Counted from the first letter of the stretch, positions 36,001-54,000 are shown. The stretch: 64,000 bases of DNA from Eledone cirrhosa (GCA_964016885.1 OZ024740.1:409200001-409264000); one strand, 5' to 3'. The notes: generated by a model from the sequence alone, not told the origin. Program-made: numbers and translations.

Positions 36001-39000
36001 CATAACCTTCGATATTTAGTCATCAATCTCATGCATGTGATATCAATACAACTTTCGACATTTAGTCATCAAACTCATGCATGTGATATGAGCACAACTT
36101 TCGATATTTAGTCATCAATCTTATACATGTGATATCAACACAACATTCCACATTTAGTCATCGATCTCATGCATGTGATATGAGCACAACCTTCGACATT
36201 TAGTCATCAATCTCATGCATGTAATATCAACACAACTTTCGATATTTAGTCAACAATCTCATGCATGTGATATGAGCACAACTTTCGACATATAGTCATC
36301 GATCTTATGCATGTGATATGATCAGAACTTTCGAGATTTAGTCATCAATCTCATGCATGTGATATCAACACAACTTTCGATATTTAGTCATCAATCGCAT
36401 GCATGTGATATCAACAGTACTTTCGATATTTAGTCAACAATCTCATGCATGTGATATGAGCACAACATTCGACATTTAATCATCAATCTCATGCATGTAA
36501 TATCAACACAACCTTCTATATTTAATCCTCAATCTCATGCATGTGATATCAACACAACCTTCGATATTTAGTCATCAATCTCATGCATGTGATATGAGCA
36601 CAACTTTCGACATTTAGTCATCGATCTCATGCATGTGATATGAGCACAACATTCGATATTTAGTCATCAAACTCATGCATGTGATATGAGCACAACTTTC
36701 GACATTTAGTCAACGATCTCATGCATGTGATATCTACACAACTTTCGATATTTAGTCATCAATCTCATGCATGTGATATGAGCATAACTTTCGACATTTA
36801 GTCATCGATCACACGCATGTGATATCAACACAACTTTCGATATTTAGTCATCAATCTCATGCATGTGATATCAATACAACGTTCGACATTTAGTCATCAA
36901 TCTCATGCATGTGATATCAACACAACTTTCGATATTTAGTCATCGATCTCATGCATGTGATATGACCACAACTTTCGACATTTAGTCATCGATCACATGC
37001 ATGTGATATGAGTACAACTTTCGACATTTAGTCATGGATCTCATGCATGTGATATCAACATAACCTTCGATATTTAGTCATCAATCTCATGCATGTGATA
37101 TCAATACAACTTTCGACATTTAGTCATCAAACTCATGCATGTGATATGAGCACAACTTTCGATATTTAGTCATCAATCTTATGCATGTGATATCAACATA
37201 ACTTTCGACATTTAGTCATCGATCTCCTGCATGTGATATCAACACAACTTTCGATATTTAGTCATCGATCTCATGCATGTGATATGAGCACAACTTTCGA
37301 TATTTAGTCATCGATCTCATGCATGTGATATGAGCACAACTTTCGACATTTAGTCATCGATCTTAAGAAAGTGATATGATCAGAACTTTCGAGATTTAGT
37401 CATCAATCTCATGCATGTGATATCAACACAACTTTCGATATTTAGTCATCAATCTCATGCATTTTATATGAGCACACCTTTCGACATTTAGTCATCGATC
37501 ACATGCATGTGATATCAACACAACTTTCGATATTTTGTCATCAATCTCATGCATGTGATATGTGCACAACTTTCGATATTTAGTCATCAATCTTATGCAT
37601 GTCATATGAGCACAACTTTCGACATTATGTCATCGATCTCATGCATGTGATATCAACACAACTTTCAATATTTAGTCATCGATCTCATGCATGTGATATC
37701 AATACAACGTTCGACATTTAGTCATCAATCTCATGTATGTGATATCAACACAACTTTCGATATTTAGTCATCGATCTCATGCATGTGATATGATCACAAC
37801 ATTCGACATTTAGTCATCAATCTCATGCATGTGATATGAGCACAACATTCGACATTTGTCATCAATCTCATGCATGTAATATCAACACAACTTTCTATAT
37901 TTAATCCTCAATCTCATGCATGTGATATCAATACAACGTTCGACATTTAGTCATGGATCTCATGCATGTGATATCAACATCACCTTCGATATTTAGTCAT
38001 CAATCTCATGCATGTGATATGAGCACAACTTTCGACATTTAGTCATCAAACTCATGCATGTGATATGAGCACAACTTTCGATATTTTGTCATCAATCTTA
38101 TGCATGTGATATCAACACAACCTTCGATATTTAGTCATCAATCTCATGCATGTGATATGAGCACAACTTTCGATATTTAGTCATCAATCTTATGCATATG
38201 ATATCAACACAACTTTCGACATTTAGTCATCGATCTCCTGCATGTGATATCAACACAACTTTCAATATTTAGTCATCGATCTCCTGCATGTGTTATCAAG
38301 ACAACGTTCGACATTTAGTCATCGATCTCATGCATGTGATATGAGCACAACCTTCGACATTTAGTCATCAATCTCATGCATGTAATATCAATACAACTTT
38401 CGACATTTAGTCATCAAACTCATGCATGTGATATGAGCACAACTTTCGATATTTAGTCATCAATCTTATGCATGTGATATCAACACAACTTTCGACATTT
38501 AGTCAACGATCTCCTGCATGTGATATCAAGACAACTTTCAATATTTAGTCATCGATCTCCTGCATGTGATACGAGCACAACTTTCGACATTTCATCATCG
38601 ATCTCATGCATGTGTTATCAACACAACTTTCGATATTTAGTCATCGATCTCATGCATGTGATATCAACACAACTTTCGACATTTAGTCATCAATCTCATG
38701 CATGTGATATGAGCACAACTTTCGATATTTAGTCATCAAACTCATGCATGTGATATGAGCACAACCTTCGACATTTAGTCAACGATCTCATGCATGTGAT
38801 ATCAACACAACTTTCGATATTTAGTCATCAATCTCATGCATGTGATATGAGCACAACTTTCGACATTTAGTCAGCGATCACATGCATGTGATATCAACAA
38901 AACTTTCGATATTTAGTCATCAATCTCATGCATGTGATATCAATACAACGTTCGACATTTAGTCATCAATCTCATGCATGTGATATCAACACAACTTTCG

Positions 39001-42000
39001 ATATTTAGTCATCGATCTCATGCATGTGATATGACCACAACTTTCGACATTTAGTCATCGATCTCATGCATTTGATATGACCACAACTTTCGACATTTAG
39101 TCATGGATCTAATGCATGTGATATCAACATAACCTTCGATATTTAGTCATCAATCTCATGCATGTGATATCATTACAACTTTCGACATTTAGTCATCAAA
39201 CTCATGCATGTGATATAAGCACAACTTTCGATATTTAGTCATCAATCTTATGCATGTGATATCAACATAACTTTCGACATTTAGTCATCGATCTCATGCA
39301 TGTGATATGAGCACAACTTTCGATATTTAGTCATCGATCTCATGCATGTGATATGAGCACAACTTTCGACATTTAGTCATCGATCTTAAGCATGTGATAT
39401 GATCAGAACTTTCGAGATTTTGTCATCAATCTCATGCATGTGATATGTGCACAACTTTCGATATTTAGTCATCAATCTCATGCATGTGATATGAGCACAA
39501 CTTTCGACATTTAGTCATCAATCTCATGCATGTGATATCAACACAACTTTCGACATTATGTCATCGATCTCATGCATGTGATATCAACACAACATTCGAT
39601 ATTTAGTCATCGATCTCATGCATGTGATATCAATACAACGTTCGACATTTAGTTATCAATTTCATGCATGTGATATCAACACAACTTTCGATATTTAGTC
39701 ATCGATCTCATGCATGTGATATGATAACAACATTCGACATTTAGTCATCAATCTCATGCATATGATATGAGCACAACATTCGACATTTAGTCATCAATCT
39801 CATGCATGTAATATCAACACAACTTTCTATATTTAATCCTCAATCTCATGCATGTGATATCAATACAACGTTCGACATTTAGTCATCAATCTCATGCATG
39901 TGATATTACCACAACTTTCGACATTTAGTCATCAATCTCATGCATGTGATATGAGCACAACTTTCGACATTTAGTCATGGATCTCATGCATGTGATATCA
40001 ACACAACTTTCGACATATAGTCATCAATCTCATGCATGTGATATGAGCACAACTTTCGATATTTAGTCATCAATCTCATGCATGTTATATCAATACAACG
40101 TTCGACATTTAGTCATCAATCTCATGCATGTGATATCAACACAACTTTCGATATTTAGTCATCGATCTCATGCATGTGATATGATAACAACTTTCGATAT
40201 TTAGTCATCGATCTCATGCATGTGATATCAATACAACTTTCGACATTTAGTCATCAATCTCATGCATGTGATATCAATACAACTTTCGACATTTAGTCAT
40301 CAAACCCATGCATGTGATATGAGCACAACTTTCGATATATAGTCATCAATCTTATGCATGTGATATCAACACAACCTTCGATATTTAGTCATCAATCTCA
40401 TGCATGTGATATGAGCACAACTTTCGACATTTAGTCATCGATCTCATGCATGTGATATCAACACAACCTTCGACATATAGTCATCAATCTCATGCATGTG
40501 ATATGAGCACAACTTTCGATATTTAGTCATCAATCTCATGCATGTGATATCAATACAACTTTCGACATTTAGTCATCAAACTCATGCATGTGATATGAGA
40601 ACAACTTTCGATATTTAGTCATCAATCTTATGCATATGATATCAACACAACTTTCGACATTTAGTCATCGATCTCCTGCATGTGATATCAACACAACTTT
40701 CAATATTTAGTCATCGATCTCCTGCATGTGATAGCAAGACAACTTTTGATATTTAGTCATCGATCTCATGCATGTGATATCAGCACAACTTTCGACATTT
40801 AGTCATCGATCTCATGCATGTGATATCATTACAACTTTCGACATTTAGTCATCAAACTCATGCATGTGATATGAGCACAACTTTCGATATTTAGTCATCA
40901 ATCTCATGCATGTGATATGAATACAACTTTCGACATTTAGTCATCAAACTCATGCATGTGATATGAGAACAACTTTCGATATTTAGTCATCAATCTTATG
41001 CATATGATATCAACACAACTTTCGACATTTAGTCATCGATCTCCTGCATGTGATATCAACACAACTTTCAATATTTAGTCATCGATCTCCTGCATGTGAT
41101 AGCAAGACAACTTTCGATATTTAGTCATCGATGTCATGCATGTGATATCAGCACAACTTTCGACATTTAGTCATCGATCTCATGCATGTGATATGAGCAC
41201 AACCTTCGACATTTAGTCATCAATCTCATGCATGTGATATCAACACAACTTTCGACATTTAGTAATCGATCTCCTGCATGTGATATCAACACAACTTTCG
41301 ACATTTCATCATCGATCTCATGCATGTGTTATCAACACAACTTTCGATATTTAGTCATCGATCTCATGCATGTGATAGGAGCACAACCTTCGATATATAG
41401 TCATCAAACTCATGCATGTGATATCAACAGAACTTTCGATATTTAGTCATCAATCTCATGCATGTGATATGAGCACAACCTTCGATATTTAGAGATCAAT
41501 TTCATGCATGTGATATCAACACAACTTTCGACATTTAGTCATCGATCTCATGCATGTGATATCAACACAACTTTCGACATTTTTTCATCAATCTCATGCA
41601 TGTGATATGAGCACAACCTTCGATATTTAGTCATCAATCTGATGCATGTGATATCAACACAACTTTCGACATTCAGTCATCGATCTCATGCATGTGATAT
41701 CAACAGAACCTTCGATATTTAGTCATCAATCTCATGCATGTGATATCAACAGAACCTTCGACATTTAGTCATCGATCTCATGCATGTGATATGAGCACAA
41801 CTTTCGACATTAAGTCATCGATCTCATGCATGTGATATCAAGACAACTTTCGACATGTAGTCTTCAATCTCATGCATGTGATATGAGCACAACTTTCGAT
41901 ATTTAGTCATCAAACTCATGCATGTGATATGAGCACAACCTTCGATATATAGTCATCAAACTCATGCATGTGATATCAACAGAACTTTCGATATTTAGTC

Positions 42001-45000
42001 ATCAATCTCATGCATGTGATATGAGCACAACTTACAACATGTATTCATCGATCTCATGCATGTGATATGAGCACAACTTTCGACATTTAGTCATCGAACT
42101 CATGCATGTGATATCAATACAACTTTCGACATTTAGTCATCAATCTCATGCATGTGATATGAGCATAATCTTCGATATTTAGTCATCAAACTCATGCATG
42201 TGATATCAACACAACTTTCGACATTTAGTCATCAATCTCATGCATGTGATATGAGCACAACTTTCGACATTTAGTCATCGATCACATGCATGTGATATCA
42301 ACACAACTTTCGATATTTAGTCAACAATCTCATGCATGTGATATGAGCACAACTTTCGACATTTATTCATCGATCATATGCATGTGATATGATCAGAACT
42401 TTCGACATTTAGTCATCAATCTCATGCATGTGATATCAACACAACTTTCCATATTTAGTTATCGATCTCTTGCATGTGATATGACCACAACTTTCGACAT
42501 TTAGTCATCAATCTCATGCATGTGATATGAGCACAGCCTTCGATATTTAGTCATCAAACTCATGCATGTGATATCAACAGAACCTTCGATATTTAGTCAT
42601 CAATCTCATGCATGTGATATGAGCACAACTTTCGACATTTAGTCATCGATCTCATGCATGTGATATCAACACAACCTTCGATATTTCGTCATCAAATTCA
42701 TGCATGTGACATCAACAGAACTTTCGATATTTAGTCATCAATCTCATGCATGTGATATCAACGCAACTTTCGACATTTAGTCATCAGTCTCATGCATGTG
42801 ATATCAACACAACTTTCGATATTTAGTCATCAATCTCATGCATGTGATATCAATACAACGTTCGACATTTAGTCATCAATCTCATGCATGTGATATGAGC
42901 ACAATTTCGACATTTAGTCATCGATCACATGCATGTGATATCAACACAACTTTCGATATTTTGTCATCAATCTCATGCATGTGATATGTGCACAACTTTC
43001 GATATTTAGTCATCAATCTCATGCATGTCATATGAGCACAACGTTCGACTTTATGTCATCGATCTCATGCATGTAATATCAACACAACTTTCGACATATA
43101 GTCATCAATCTCATGCATGTGATATGAGCACAACTTTCGATATTTAGTCATCAAACTCATGCATGTGATATCAACAGAACTTTCGATATTTAGTCATCAA
43201 TCTCATGCATGTGATATGAGCACAACATTCGATATTTAGTCATCAATCTCATGCATATGATATGAGCACAACATTCGACATTTAGTCATCAATCTCATGC
43301 ATGTAATATCAACACAACTTTCTATATTTAATCCTCAATCTCATGCATGTGATATCAATACAACGTTCGACATTTAGTCATCAATCTCATGCATGTGATA
43401 TTACCACAACTTTCGACATTTAGTCATCAATCTCATGCATGTGATATGAGCACAACTTTCGACATTTAGTCATGGATCTCATGCATGTGATATCAACACA
43501 ACTTTCGACATATAGTCATCAATCTCATGCATGTGATATGAGCACAACTTTCGATATTTAGTCATCAATCTCATGCATGTTATATCAATACAACGTTCGA
43601 CATTTAGTCATCAATCTCATGCATGTGATATCAACACAACTTTCGATATTTAGTCATCGATCTCATGCATGTGATATGATAACAACTTTCGATATTTAGT
43701 CATCGATCTCATGCATGTGATATCAATACAACTTTCGACATTTAGTCATCAATCTCATGCATGTGATATCAATACAACTTTCGACATTTAGTCATCAAAC
43801 CCATGCATGTGATATGAGCACAACTTTCGATATATAGTCATCAATCTTATGCATGTGATATCAACACAACCTTCGATATTTAGTCATCAATCTCATGCAT
43901 GTGATATGAGCACAACTTTCGACATTTAGTCATCGATCTCATGCATGTGATATCAACACATCCTTCGACATATAGTCATCAATCTCATGCATGTGATATG
44001 AGCACAACTTTCGATATTTAGTCATCAATCTCATGCATGTGATATCAATACAACTTTCGACATTTAGTCATCAAACTCATGCATGTGATATGAGAACAAC
44101 TTTCGATATTTAGTCATCAATCTTATGCATATGATATCAACACAACTTTCGACATTTAGTCATCGATCTCCTGCATGTGATATCAACACAACTTTCAATA
44201 TTTAGTCATCGATCTCCTGCATGTGATAGCAAGACAACTTTCGATATTTAGTCATCGATCTCATGCATGTGATATCAGCACAACTTTCGACATTTAGTCA
44301 TCGATCTCATGCATGTGATATCATTACAACTTTCGACATTTAGTCATCAAACTCATGCATGTGATATGAGCACAACTTTCGATATTTAGTCATCAATCTC
44401 ATGCATGTGATATGAATACAACTTTCGACATTTAGTCATCAAACTCATGCATGTGATATGAGAACAACTTTCGATATTTAGTCATCAATCTTATGCATAT
44501 GATATCAACACAACTTTCGACATTTAGTCATCGATCTCCTGCATGTGATATCAACACAACTTTCAATATTTAGTCATCGATCTCCTGCATGTGATAGCAA
44601 GACAACTTTCGATATTTAGTCATCGATCTCATGCATGTGATATCAGCACAACTTTCGACATTTAGTCATCGATCTCATGCATGTGATATGAGCACAACCT
44701 TCGGCATTTAGTCATCAATCTCATGCATGTGATATCAACACAACTTTCGACATTTAGTAATCGATCTCCTGCATGTGATATCAACACAACTTTCGACATT
44801 TCATCATCGATCTCATGCATGTGTTATCAACACAACTTTCGATATTTAGTCATCGATCTCATGCATGTGATAGGAGCACAACCTTCGATATATAGTCATC
44901 AAACTCATGCATGTGATATCAACAGAACTTTCGATATTTAGTCATCAATCTCATGCATGTGATATGAGCACAACCTTCGATATTTAGAGATCAATTTCAT

Positions 45001-48000
45001 GCATGTGATATCAACACAACTTTCGACATTTAGTCATCGATCTCATGCATGTGATATCAACACAACTTTCGACATTTTTTCATCAATCTCATGCATGTGA
45101 TATGAGCACAACCTTCGATATTTAGTCATCAATCTGATGCATGTGATATCAACACAACTTTCGACATTTAGTCATCGATCTCATGCATGTGATATCAACA
45201 GAACCTTCGATATTTAGTCATCAATCTCATGCATGTGATATCAACAGAACCTTCGACATTTAGTCATCGATCTCATGCATGTGATATGAGCACAACTTTC
45301 GACATTAAGTCATCGATCTCATGCATGTGATATCAAGACAACTTTCGACATGTAGTCTTCAATCTCATGCATGTGATATGAGCACAACTTTCGATATTTA
45401 GTCATCAAACTCATGCATGTGATATGAGCACAACCTTCGATATATAGTCATCAAACTCATGCATGTGATATCAACAGAACTTTCGATATTTAGTCATCAA
45501 TCTCATGCATGTGATATGAGCACAACTTACAACATGTATTCATCGATCTCATGCATGTGATATGAGCACAACTTTCGACATTTAGTCATCGAACTCATGC
45601 ATGTGATATCAATACAACTTTCGACATTTAGTCATCAATCTGATGCATGTGATATGAGCATAATCTTCGATATTTAGTCATCAAACTCATGCATGTGATA
45701 TCAACACAACTTTCGACATTTAGTCATCAATCTCATGCATGTGATATGAGCACAACTTTCGACATTTAGTCATCGATCACATGCATGTGATATCAACACA
45801 ACTTTCGATATTTAGTCAACAATCTCATGCATGTGATATGAGCACAACTTTCGACATTTATTCATCGATCATATGCATGTGATATGATCAGAACTTTCGA
45901 CATTTAGTCATCAATCTCATGCATGTGATATCAACACAACTTTCCATATTTAGTTATCGATCTCTTGCATGTGATATGACCACAACTTTCGACATTTAGT
46001 CATCAATCTCATGCATGTGATATGAGCACAGCCTTCGATATTTAGTCATCAAACTCATGCATGTGATATCAACAGAACCTTCGATATTTAGTCATCAATC
46101 TCATGCATGTGATATGAGCACAACTTTCGACATTTAGTCATCGATCTCATGCATGTGATATCAACACAACCTTCGATATTTCGTCATCAAATTCATGCAT
46201 GTGACATCAACAGAACTTTCGATATTTAGTCATCAATCTCATGCATGTGATATCAACGCAACTTTCGACATTTAGTCATCAGTCTCATGCATGTGATATC
46301 AACACAACTTTCGATATTTAGTCATCAATCTCATGCATGTGATATCAATACAACGTTCGACATTTAGTCATCAATCTCATGCATGTGATATGAGCACAAT
46401 TTCGACATTTAGTCATCGATCACATGCATGTGATATCAACACAACTTTCGATATTTTGTCATCAATCTCATGCATGTGATATGTGCACAACTTTCGATAT
46501 TTAGTCATCAATCTCATGCATGTCATATGAGCACAACGTTCGACTTTATGTCATCGATCTCATGCATGTAATATCAACACAACTTTCGACATATAGTCAT
46601 CAATCTCATGCATGTGATATGAGCACAACTTTCGATATTTAGTCATCAAACTCATGCATGTGATATCAACAGAACTTTCGATATTTAGTCATCAATCTCA
46701 TGCATGTGATATGAGCACAACATTCGATATTTAGTCATCAATCTCATGCATGTAATATCAACACAACTTTCGATATTTAGTCAACAATCTCATGCATGTG
46801 ATATGAGCACAATTTTCGACATTTAGTCATCGATCATATGCATGTGATATCAATACAACTTTCGACATTTTGTCATCAAACTCATGCATGTGATATCAAC
46901 ACAACTTTCGATATTTAGTCATCAATCTCATGCATGTGATATCAATACAACGTTCGACATTTAGTCATCAATCTCATGTATGTGATATCAATACAACTTT
47001 CGACATTTTGTCATCAAACTCATGCATGTGATATGAGCACAACTTTCGATATCTAGTCATCATTCTTATGCATGTGATATTAACACAACTTTCGACATTT
47101 AGTCATCGATCTCCTGCATGTGATATCAACACAACCTTCGATATTTAGTCATCGATCTCATGCATGTGATATGAGCACAACCTTCGACATTTAGTCATCA
47201 ATCTCATGCATGTAATATCAACACAACTTTCGATATTTAGTCCACAATCTCATGCATGTGATATGAGCACAGCCTTCGACATTTAGTCATCGATCTTATG
47301 CATGTGATATGATCAGAACTTTCGACATTTAGTCATCAATCTCATGCATGTGATATCAACACAACTTTCGATATTTAGTCATCAATCTCATGCATGTGAT
47401 ACGAGCACAACATTCGACATTTAATCATCGATCTCATGCATGTGATATCAACACAACTTTCGATATTTAGTCATCAATTTCATGAATGTGATATGAGCAC
47501 AACTTTCGATATATAGTCATCGATCTCATGCATGTGATATGAGCACAGCCTTCGATATATAGTCATGAAACTCATGCATGTGATACTAACAGAACGTTCG
47601 ATATTTAGTCATCAATCTCATGCATGTGATATGAGCACAACCTTCGACATTTAGTCATCGATCACATGCATGTGATATCAACACAACGTTCGACATTTAG
47701 TCATCGATCTCATGCATGTGATATGAGCACAACTTTCGATATTTAGTCATCGATCTCATGCATGTGATATCAATACAACTTTCGACATATAGTCATCGAT
47801 CTCATGCATGTGACATCATCACAACTTTCGGCATTTAGTCATCAATCTCATGCATGTAATATAAACACAACTTTCTATATTTAATCCTCAATCTCATGCA
47901 TGTGATATCAACATAACCTTCGATATTTAGTCATCAATCTCATGCATGTGATATGAGCAAAACTTTCGACATATAGTCATCGATCTCATGCATGTGATAT

Positions 48001-51000
48001 CAGCACAACCTTCGACATTTAGTCATCAATCTCATGCATGTGATATGATCAGAACTTTCGACATTTAGTCATCAATCTCATGCATGTGATATCAACACAC
48101 CTTTCGATATTTAGTCAACAATCTCATGCATGTGATATGAGCACAAATTTCGACATTTAGTCCTCGATCTTATACATGTGATATGATCAGAACTTTCGAC
48201 ATTTAGTCATCAATCTCATGCATGTGATATCAACACAACTTTCGATATTTAGTCATCAATCTCATGCATGTGATATGAGCACAACCTTCGACATTTAGTC
48301 ATCGATTACATGCATGTGATATCAACACAACTTTCGACATTTAGTCATCGATCTCATGCATGTGATATGAGCACAACTTTCGATATTTAGTCATCGATCT
48401 CATGCATGTGATATGAGCACAACTTTCGATATTTAGTCATCGATCTGATGCATGTGATATCAATACAACTTTCGACAATTAGTCATCGATCTCATGCATG
48501 TGATATCAACACAACCTTCGACATTTAGTCATCGATCTCATGCATGTGACATCATCACAACTTTCGACATTTAGTCATCAATCTCATGCATGTAATATCA
48601 ACACAACTTTCTATATTTAGTCATCAATCCCATGCATGTGATATGTGCACAACTTTCGATATTTAGTCATCAATCTCATGCATGTCATATGAGCACAACG
48701 TTCGACATTTAGTCATCGATCTCATGCATGTGATATCAACACAACCTTCGACATTTAGTCATCGATCTCATGCATGTGATATTAACACAACCTTCGACAT
48801 ATAGTCATCAATCTCATGCTTGTGATATGAGCACAACTTTCGATATTTAGTCAACAATCTCATGCATGTGATATGAGCGAAACTTTCGACATTTAGTCAT
48901 CGATCTCATGCATGTGATATCAACACAACTTTCGATATTTAGTCATCAATCTCATGCATGTGATATGAGCACAACTTTCGACATTTAGTCATCGATCTTA
49001 TGCATGTGATATCAACACAACTTTCGATATTTACCCATCAATCTCATGCATGTGATATCAATACAACGTTCGACATTTAGTCATCAATCTCATGCATGTG
49101 ATATCAACACAACTTTCGATATTTACTCATCGATCTCATGTATGTGATATGACCACAACTTTCGACATTTAGTCATCGATCTCATGCATGTGATATCAAC
49201 ACAACTTTCGACATTTAGTCATCAATCTCATGCATGTGATATGAGCACAACCTTCGATATATAGTCATCAAACTCATGCATGTGATATCAACACAACTTT
49301 CGATATTAATCATCAATCTCATGCATGTAATATGAGCACAACTTTCGACATTTAGTAATCGATCACATGCATGTGATATCAACACAACTTTCGACATTTA
49401 GTCATCGATCTCATGCATGTGATATGAGCACAACTTTCGATATTTAGTCATCAATCTCATGCATGTGACATCAACACAACTTTCGACATTTAGTCATCGA
49501 TCTCATGCATGTGATATCAATACAACTTTCGATATTTAGTCATCGGTCTCATCCATGTGATATGAGCACAACTTTCGATATTTAGTCATCGCTCTCATGC
49601 ATGTGATATCAACACAAGTTTCGACATTCAGTCATCAATCTCATGCATGTGATATCAACACAACTTTCGACATTTAGTCATCAATCTCATGCATGTGATA
49701 TGAGCAAAACCTTCGATATTTAGTCATCAAACTCATGCATGTGATATCAAAACAAGTTTCGATATTTAGTCATCAATCTCATGCATGTGATATGAGCACA
49801 ACCTTCGATATATAGTCATCAAACTAATGCATGTGATATCAACACAACTTTCGATATTTAGTCATGAAACTCATGCATGTGATATCAACAGAACTTTCGA
49901 CATTTAGTAATCAAACTCATGCATGTGATATGAGCACAACTTTCGACATTTAGTCATCGATCTCATGCATGTGATATCAACACATCTTTCGACATATATT
50001 CATCGATCTCATGCATGTGATATCAATACAACTTTCGACATATAGTCATCGATCTCCTGCATGTGATATGAGCACAACCTTCGATATTTAGTCATCAATC
50101 TCATGCATGTGATATCCATACAACTTTCGACAATTAGTCATCGATCTCATGCATGTGACATCATCAATCTCATGCATGTAATATCAACACAACTTTCTAT
50201 ATTTAATCCTCAATCTCATGCATGTGATATCAACATAACCTTCGATATTTAGTCATCAATCTCATGCATGTGATATGAGCAAAACTTTCGACATATAGTC
50301 ATCGATCTCATGCATGTGATATGATCAGAACTTTCGACATTTAGTCATCGATCTTATGCATGTGATATGATCAGAACTTTCGACATTTAGTCATCAATCC
50401 CATGCATGTGATATCTACACAACTTTCGATATTTAGTCAACAATCTCATGCATGTGATATGAGCACAACTTTCGACATTTAGTCATCGATCTTATACATG
50501 TGATATGATCAGAACTTTCGACATTTAGTCATCAATCTCATGCATGTGACATCAACACAACTTTCAATATTTAGTCATCAATCTCATGCATGTGATATGA
50601 GCACAACCTTCGACATTTAGTCATCGATCACATGCATGTGATATCAACACAACTTTCGACATTTAGTCATCGATCTCATGCATGTGATATGAGCACAACT
50701 TTCGATATTTAATCATCGATCTCATGCATGTGATATGAGCACAACTTTCGATATTTAGTCATCGATCTCATGCATGTGATATCAATACAACTTTCGACAA
50801 TTAGTCATCGATCTCATGCATGTGATATCAACACAACCTTCGACATTTAGTCATCGATCTCATGCATGTGACATCATCACAACTTTCGACATTTAGTCAT
50901 CAATCTCATGCATGTAATATCAACACAACTTTCTATATTTAGTCATCAATCTCATGCATGTGATATGTGCACAACCTTCGATATTTAGTCATCAATCTCA

Positions 51001-54000
51001 TGCATGTCATATGAGCACAACGTTCGACATTTAGTCATCAATCTCATGCATGTGATATCAACACAACCTTCGACATTTAGTCATCGATCTCATGCATGTG
51101 ATATTAACACAACTTTCGACATATAGTCATCAATCTCATGCTTGTGATATGAGCACAACTTTCCATATTTAGTCATCAATCTCATGCATGTGATATGAGC
51201 GCAACTTTCGACATTTAGTCATCGATCTCATGCATGTGATATCAACACAACTTTCGATATTTAGTCATCAATCTCATGCATGTGATATGAGCACAACTTT
51301 CGACATTTAGTCATCGATCTTATGCATGTGATATCAACACAACTTTCGATATTTACTCATCAATCTCATGCATGTGATATCAATACAACGGTCGACATTT
51401 AGTCATCAATCTCATGCATGTGATATCAACACAACTTTCGATATTTAGTCATCGATCTCATGTATGTGATATGACCACAACTTTCGACATTTAGTCATCG
51501 ATCTCATGCATTTGATATGACCACAACTTTCGACATTTAGTCATCGATCTCATGCATGTGATATCAGCACAACATTCGACATTTAGTCATCGATCTCATG
51601 CATGTGATATCAACACAACTTTCGACATTTAGTCATCAATCTCATGCATGTGATATGAGCACAACCTTCGATATATAGTCATCAAACTCATGCATGTGAT
51701 ATGAGCACAACTTTCGATATTAATCATCAATCTCATGCATGTAATATGAGCACAACTATCGACATTTAGTAATCGATCACATGCATGTGATATCAACACA
51801 ACTTTCGACATTTAGTCATCGATCTCATGCATGTGATATGAGCACAACTTTCGATATTTAGTCATCAATCTCATGCATGTGACATCAACACAACTTTCGA
51901 CATTTAGTCATCGATCTCATGCATGTGATATCAAGACAACTTTCGATATTTAGTCATCGGTCTCATCCATGTGATATGAGCACAACTTTCGATATTTAGT
52001 CATCAATCTCATGCATGTGATATCAATACAACTTTCGAGATTTAGTCATCGCTCTCATGCATGTGATATCAACACAAGTTTCGACATTCAGTCATCAATC
52101 TCATGCATGTGATATCAACACAACTTTCGACATTTAGTCATCAATCTCATGCATGTGATATGAGCACAACTTTCGATATTTAGTCATCAAACTCATGCAT
52201 GTGATATCAAAACAAGTTTCGATATTTAGTCATCAATCTCATGCATGTGATATGAGCACAACCTTCGATATATAGTCATCAAACTCATGCATGTGATATC
52301 AACACAACTTTCGATATTTAGTCATGAAACTCATGCATGTGATATCAACAGAACTTTCGACATTTAGTAATCAATCTCATGCATGTGATATGAGCACAAC
52401 TTTCGACATTTAGTCATCGATCTCATGCATGTGATATCAACACATCTTTCGACATATATTCATCGATCTCATGCATGTGATATCAATACAACTTTCGACA
52501 TATAGTCATTGATCTCATGCATGTGATATGAGCACAACCTTCGATATTTAGTCATCAATCTCATGCATGTGATATCAATACAACTTTCGACAATTAGTCA
52601 TCGATCTCATGCATGTGACATCATCACAACTTTCGACATTTAGTCATCAATCTCATGCATGTAATATCAACACAACTTTCTATATTTAATCCTCAATCTC
52701 ATGCATGTGATATCAACATAACCTTCGATATTTAGTCATCAATCTCATGCATGTGATATGAGCAAAACTTTCGACATATAGTCATCGATCTCATGCATGT
52801 GATATGAGCACAACCTTCGATATTTAGTCATCAATCTCATGCATGTGATATCAATACTACTTTCGACAATTAGTCATCGATCTCATGCATGTGACATCAT
52901 CACAACTTTCGACATTTAGTCATCAATCTCATGCATGTAATATCAACACAACTTTCTATATTTAATCCTCAATCTCATGCATGTGATATCAACATAACCT
53001 TCGATATTTAGTCATCAATCTCATGCATGTGATATGAGCAAAACTTTCGACATATAGTCATCGATCTCATGCATGTGATATGAGCACAACCTTCGATATT
53101 TAGTCAACAATCTCATGCATGTGATATGAGCACAACTTTCGACATTTAGTCATCGATCTCATACATGTGATATGATCAGAACTTTCGACATTTAGTCATC
53201 AATCTCATGCATGTGATATCAACACAACTTTCGATATTTAGTCATCGCTCTCATGCATGTGATATCAACACAAGTTTCGACATTCAGTCATCAATCTCAT
53301 GCATGTGATATCAACACAACTTTCGACATTTAGTCATCAATCTCATGCATGTGATATGAGCACAACTTTCGATATTTAGTCATCAAACTCATGCATGTGA
53401 TATCAAAACAAGTTTCGATATTTAGTCATCAATCTCATGCATGTGATATGAGCACAACCTTCGATATATAGTCATCAAACTCATGCATGTGATATCAACA
53501 CAACTTTCGATATTTAGTCATGAAACTCATGCATGTGATATCAACAGAACTTTCGATATTTAGTAATCAATCTCATGCATGTGATATGAGCACAACTTTC
53601 GACATTTAGTCATCGATCTCATGCATGTGATATCAACACATCTTTCGACATATATTCATCGATCTCATGCATGTGATATCAATACAACTTTCGACATATA
53701 GTCATTGATCTCATGCATGTGATATGAGCACAACCTTCGATATTTAGTCATCAATCTCATGCATGTGATATCAATACAACTTTCGACAATTAGTCATCGA
53801 TCTCATGCATGTGACATCATCACAACTTTCGACATTTAATCATCAATCTCATGCATGTAATATCAACACAACTTTCTATATATAATCCTCAATCTCATGC
53901 ATGTGATATCAACATAACCTTCGATATTTAGTCATCAATCTCATGCATGTGATATGAGCAAAACTTTCGACATATAGTCATCGATCTCATGCATGTGATA

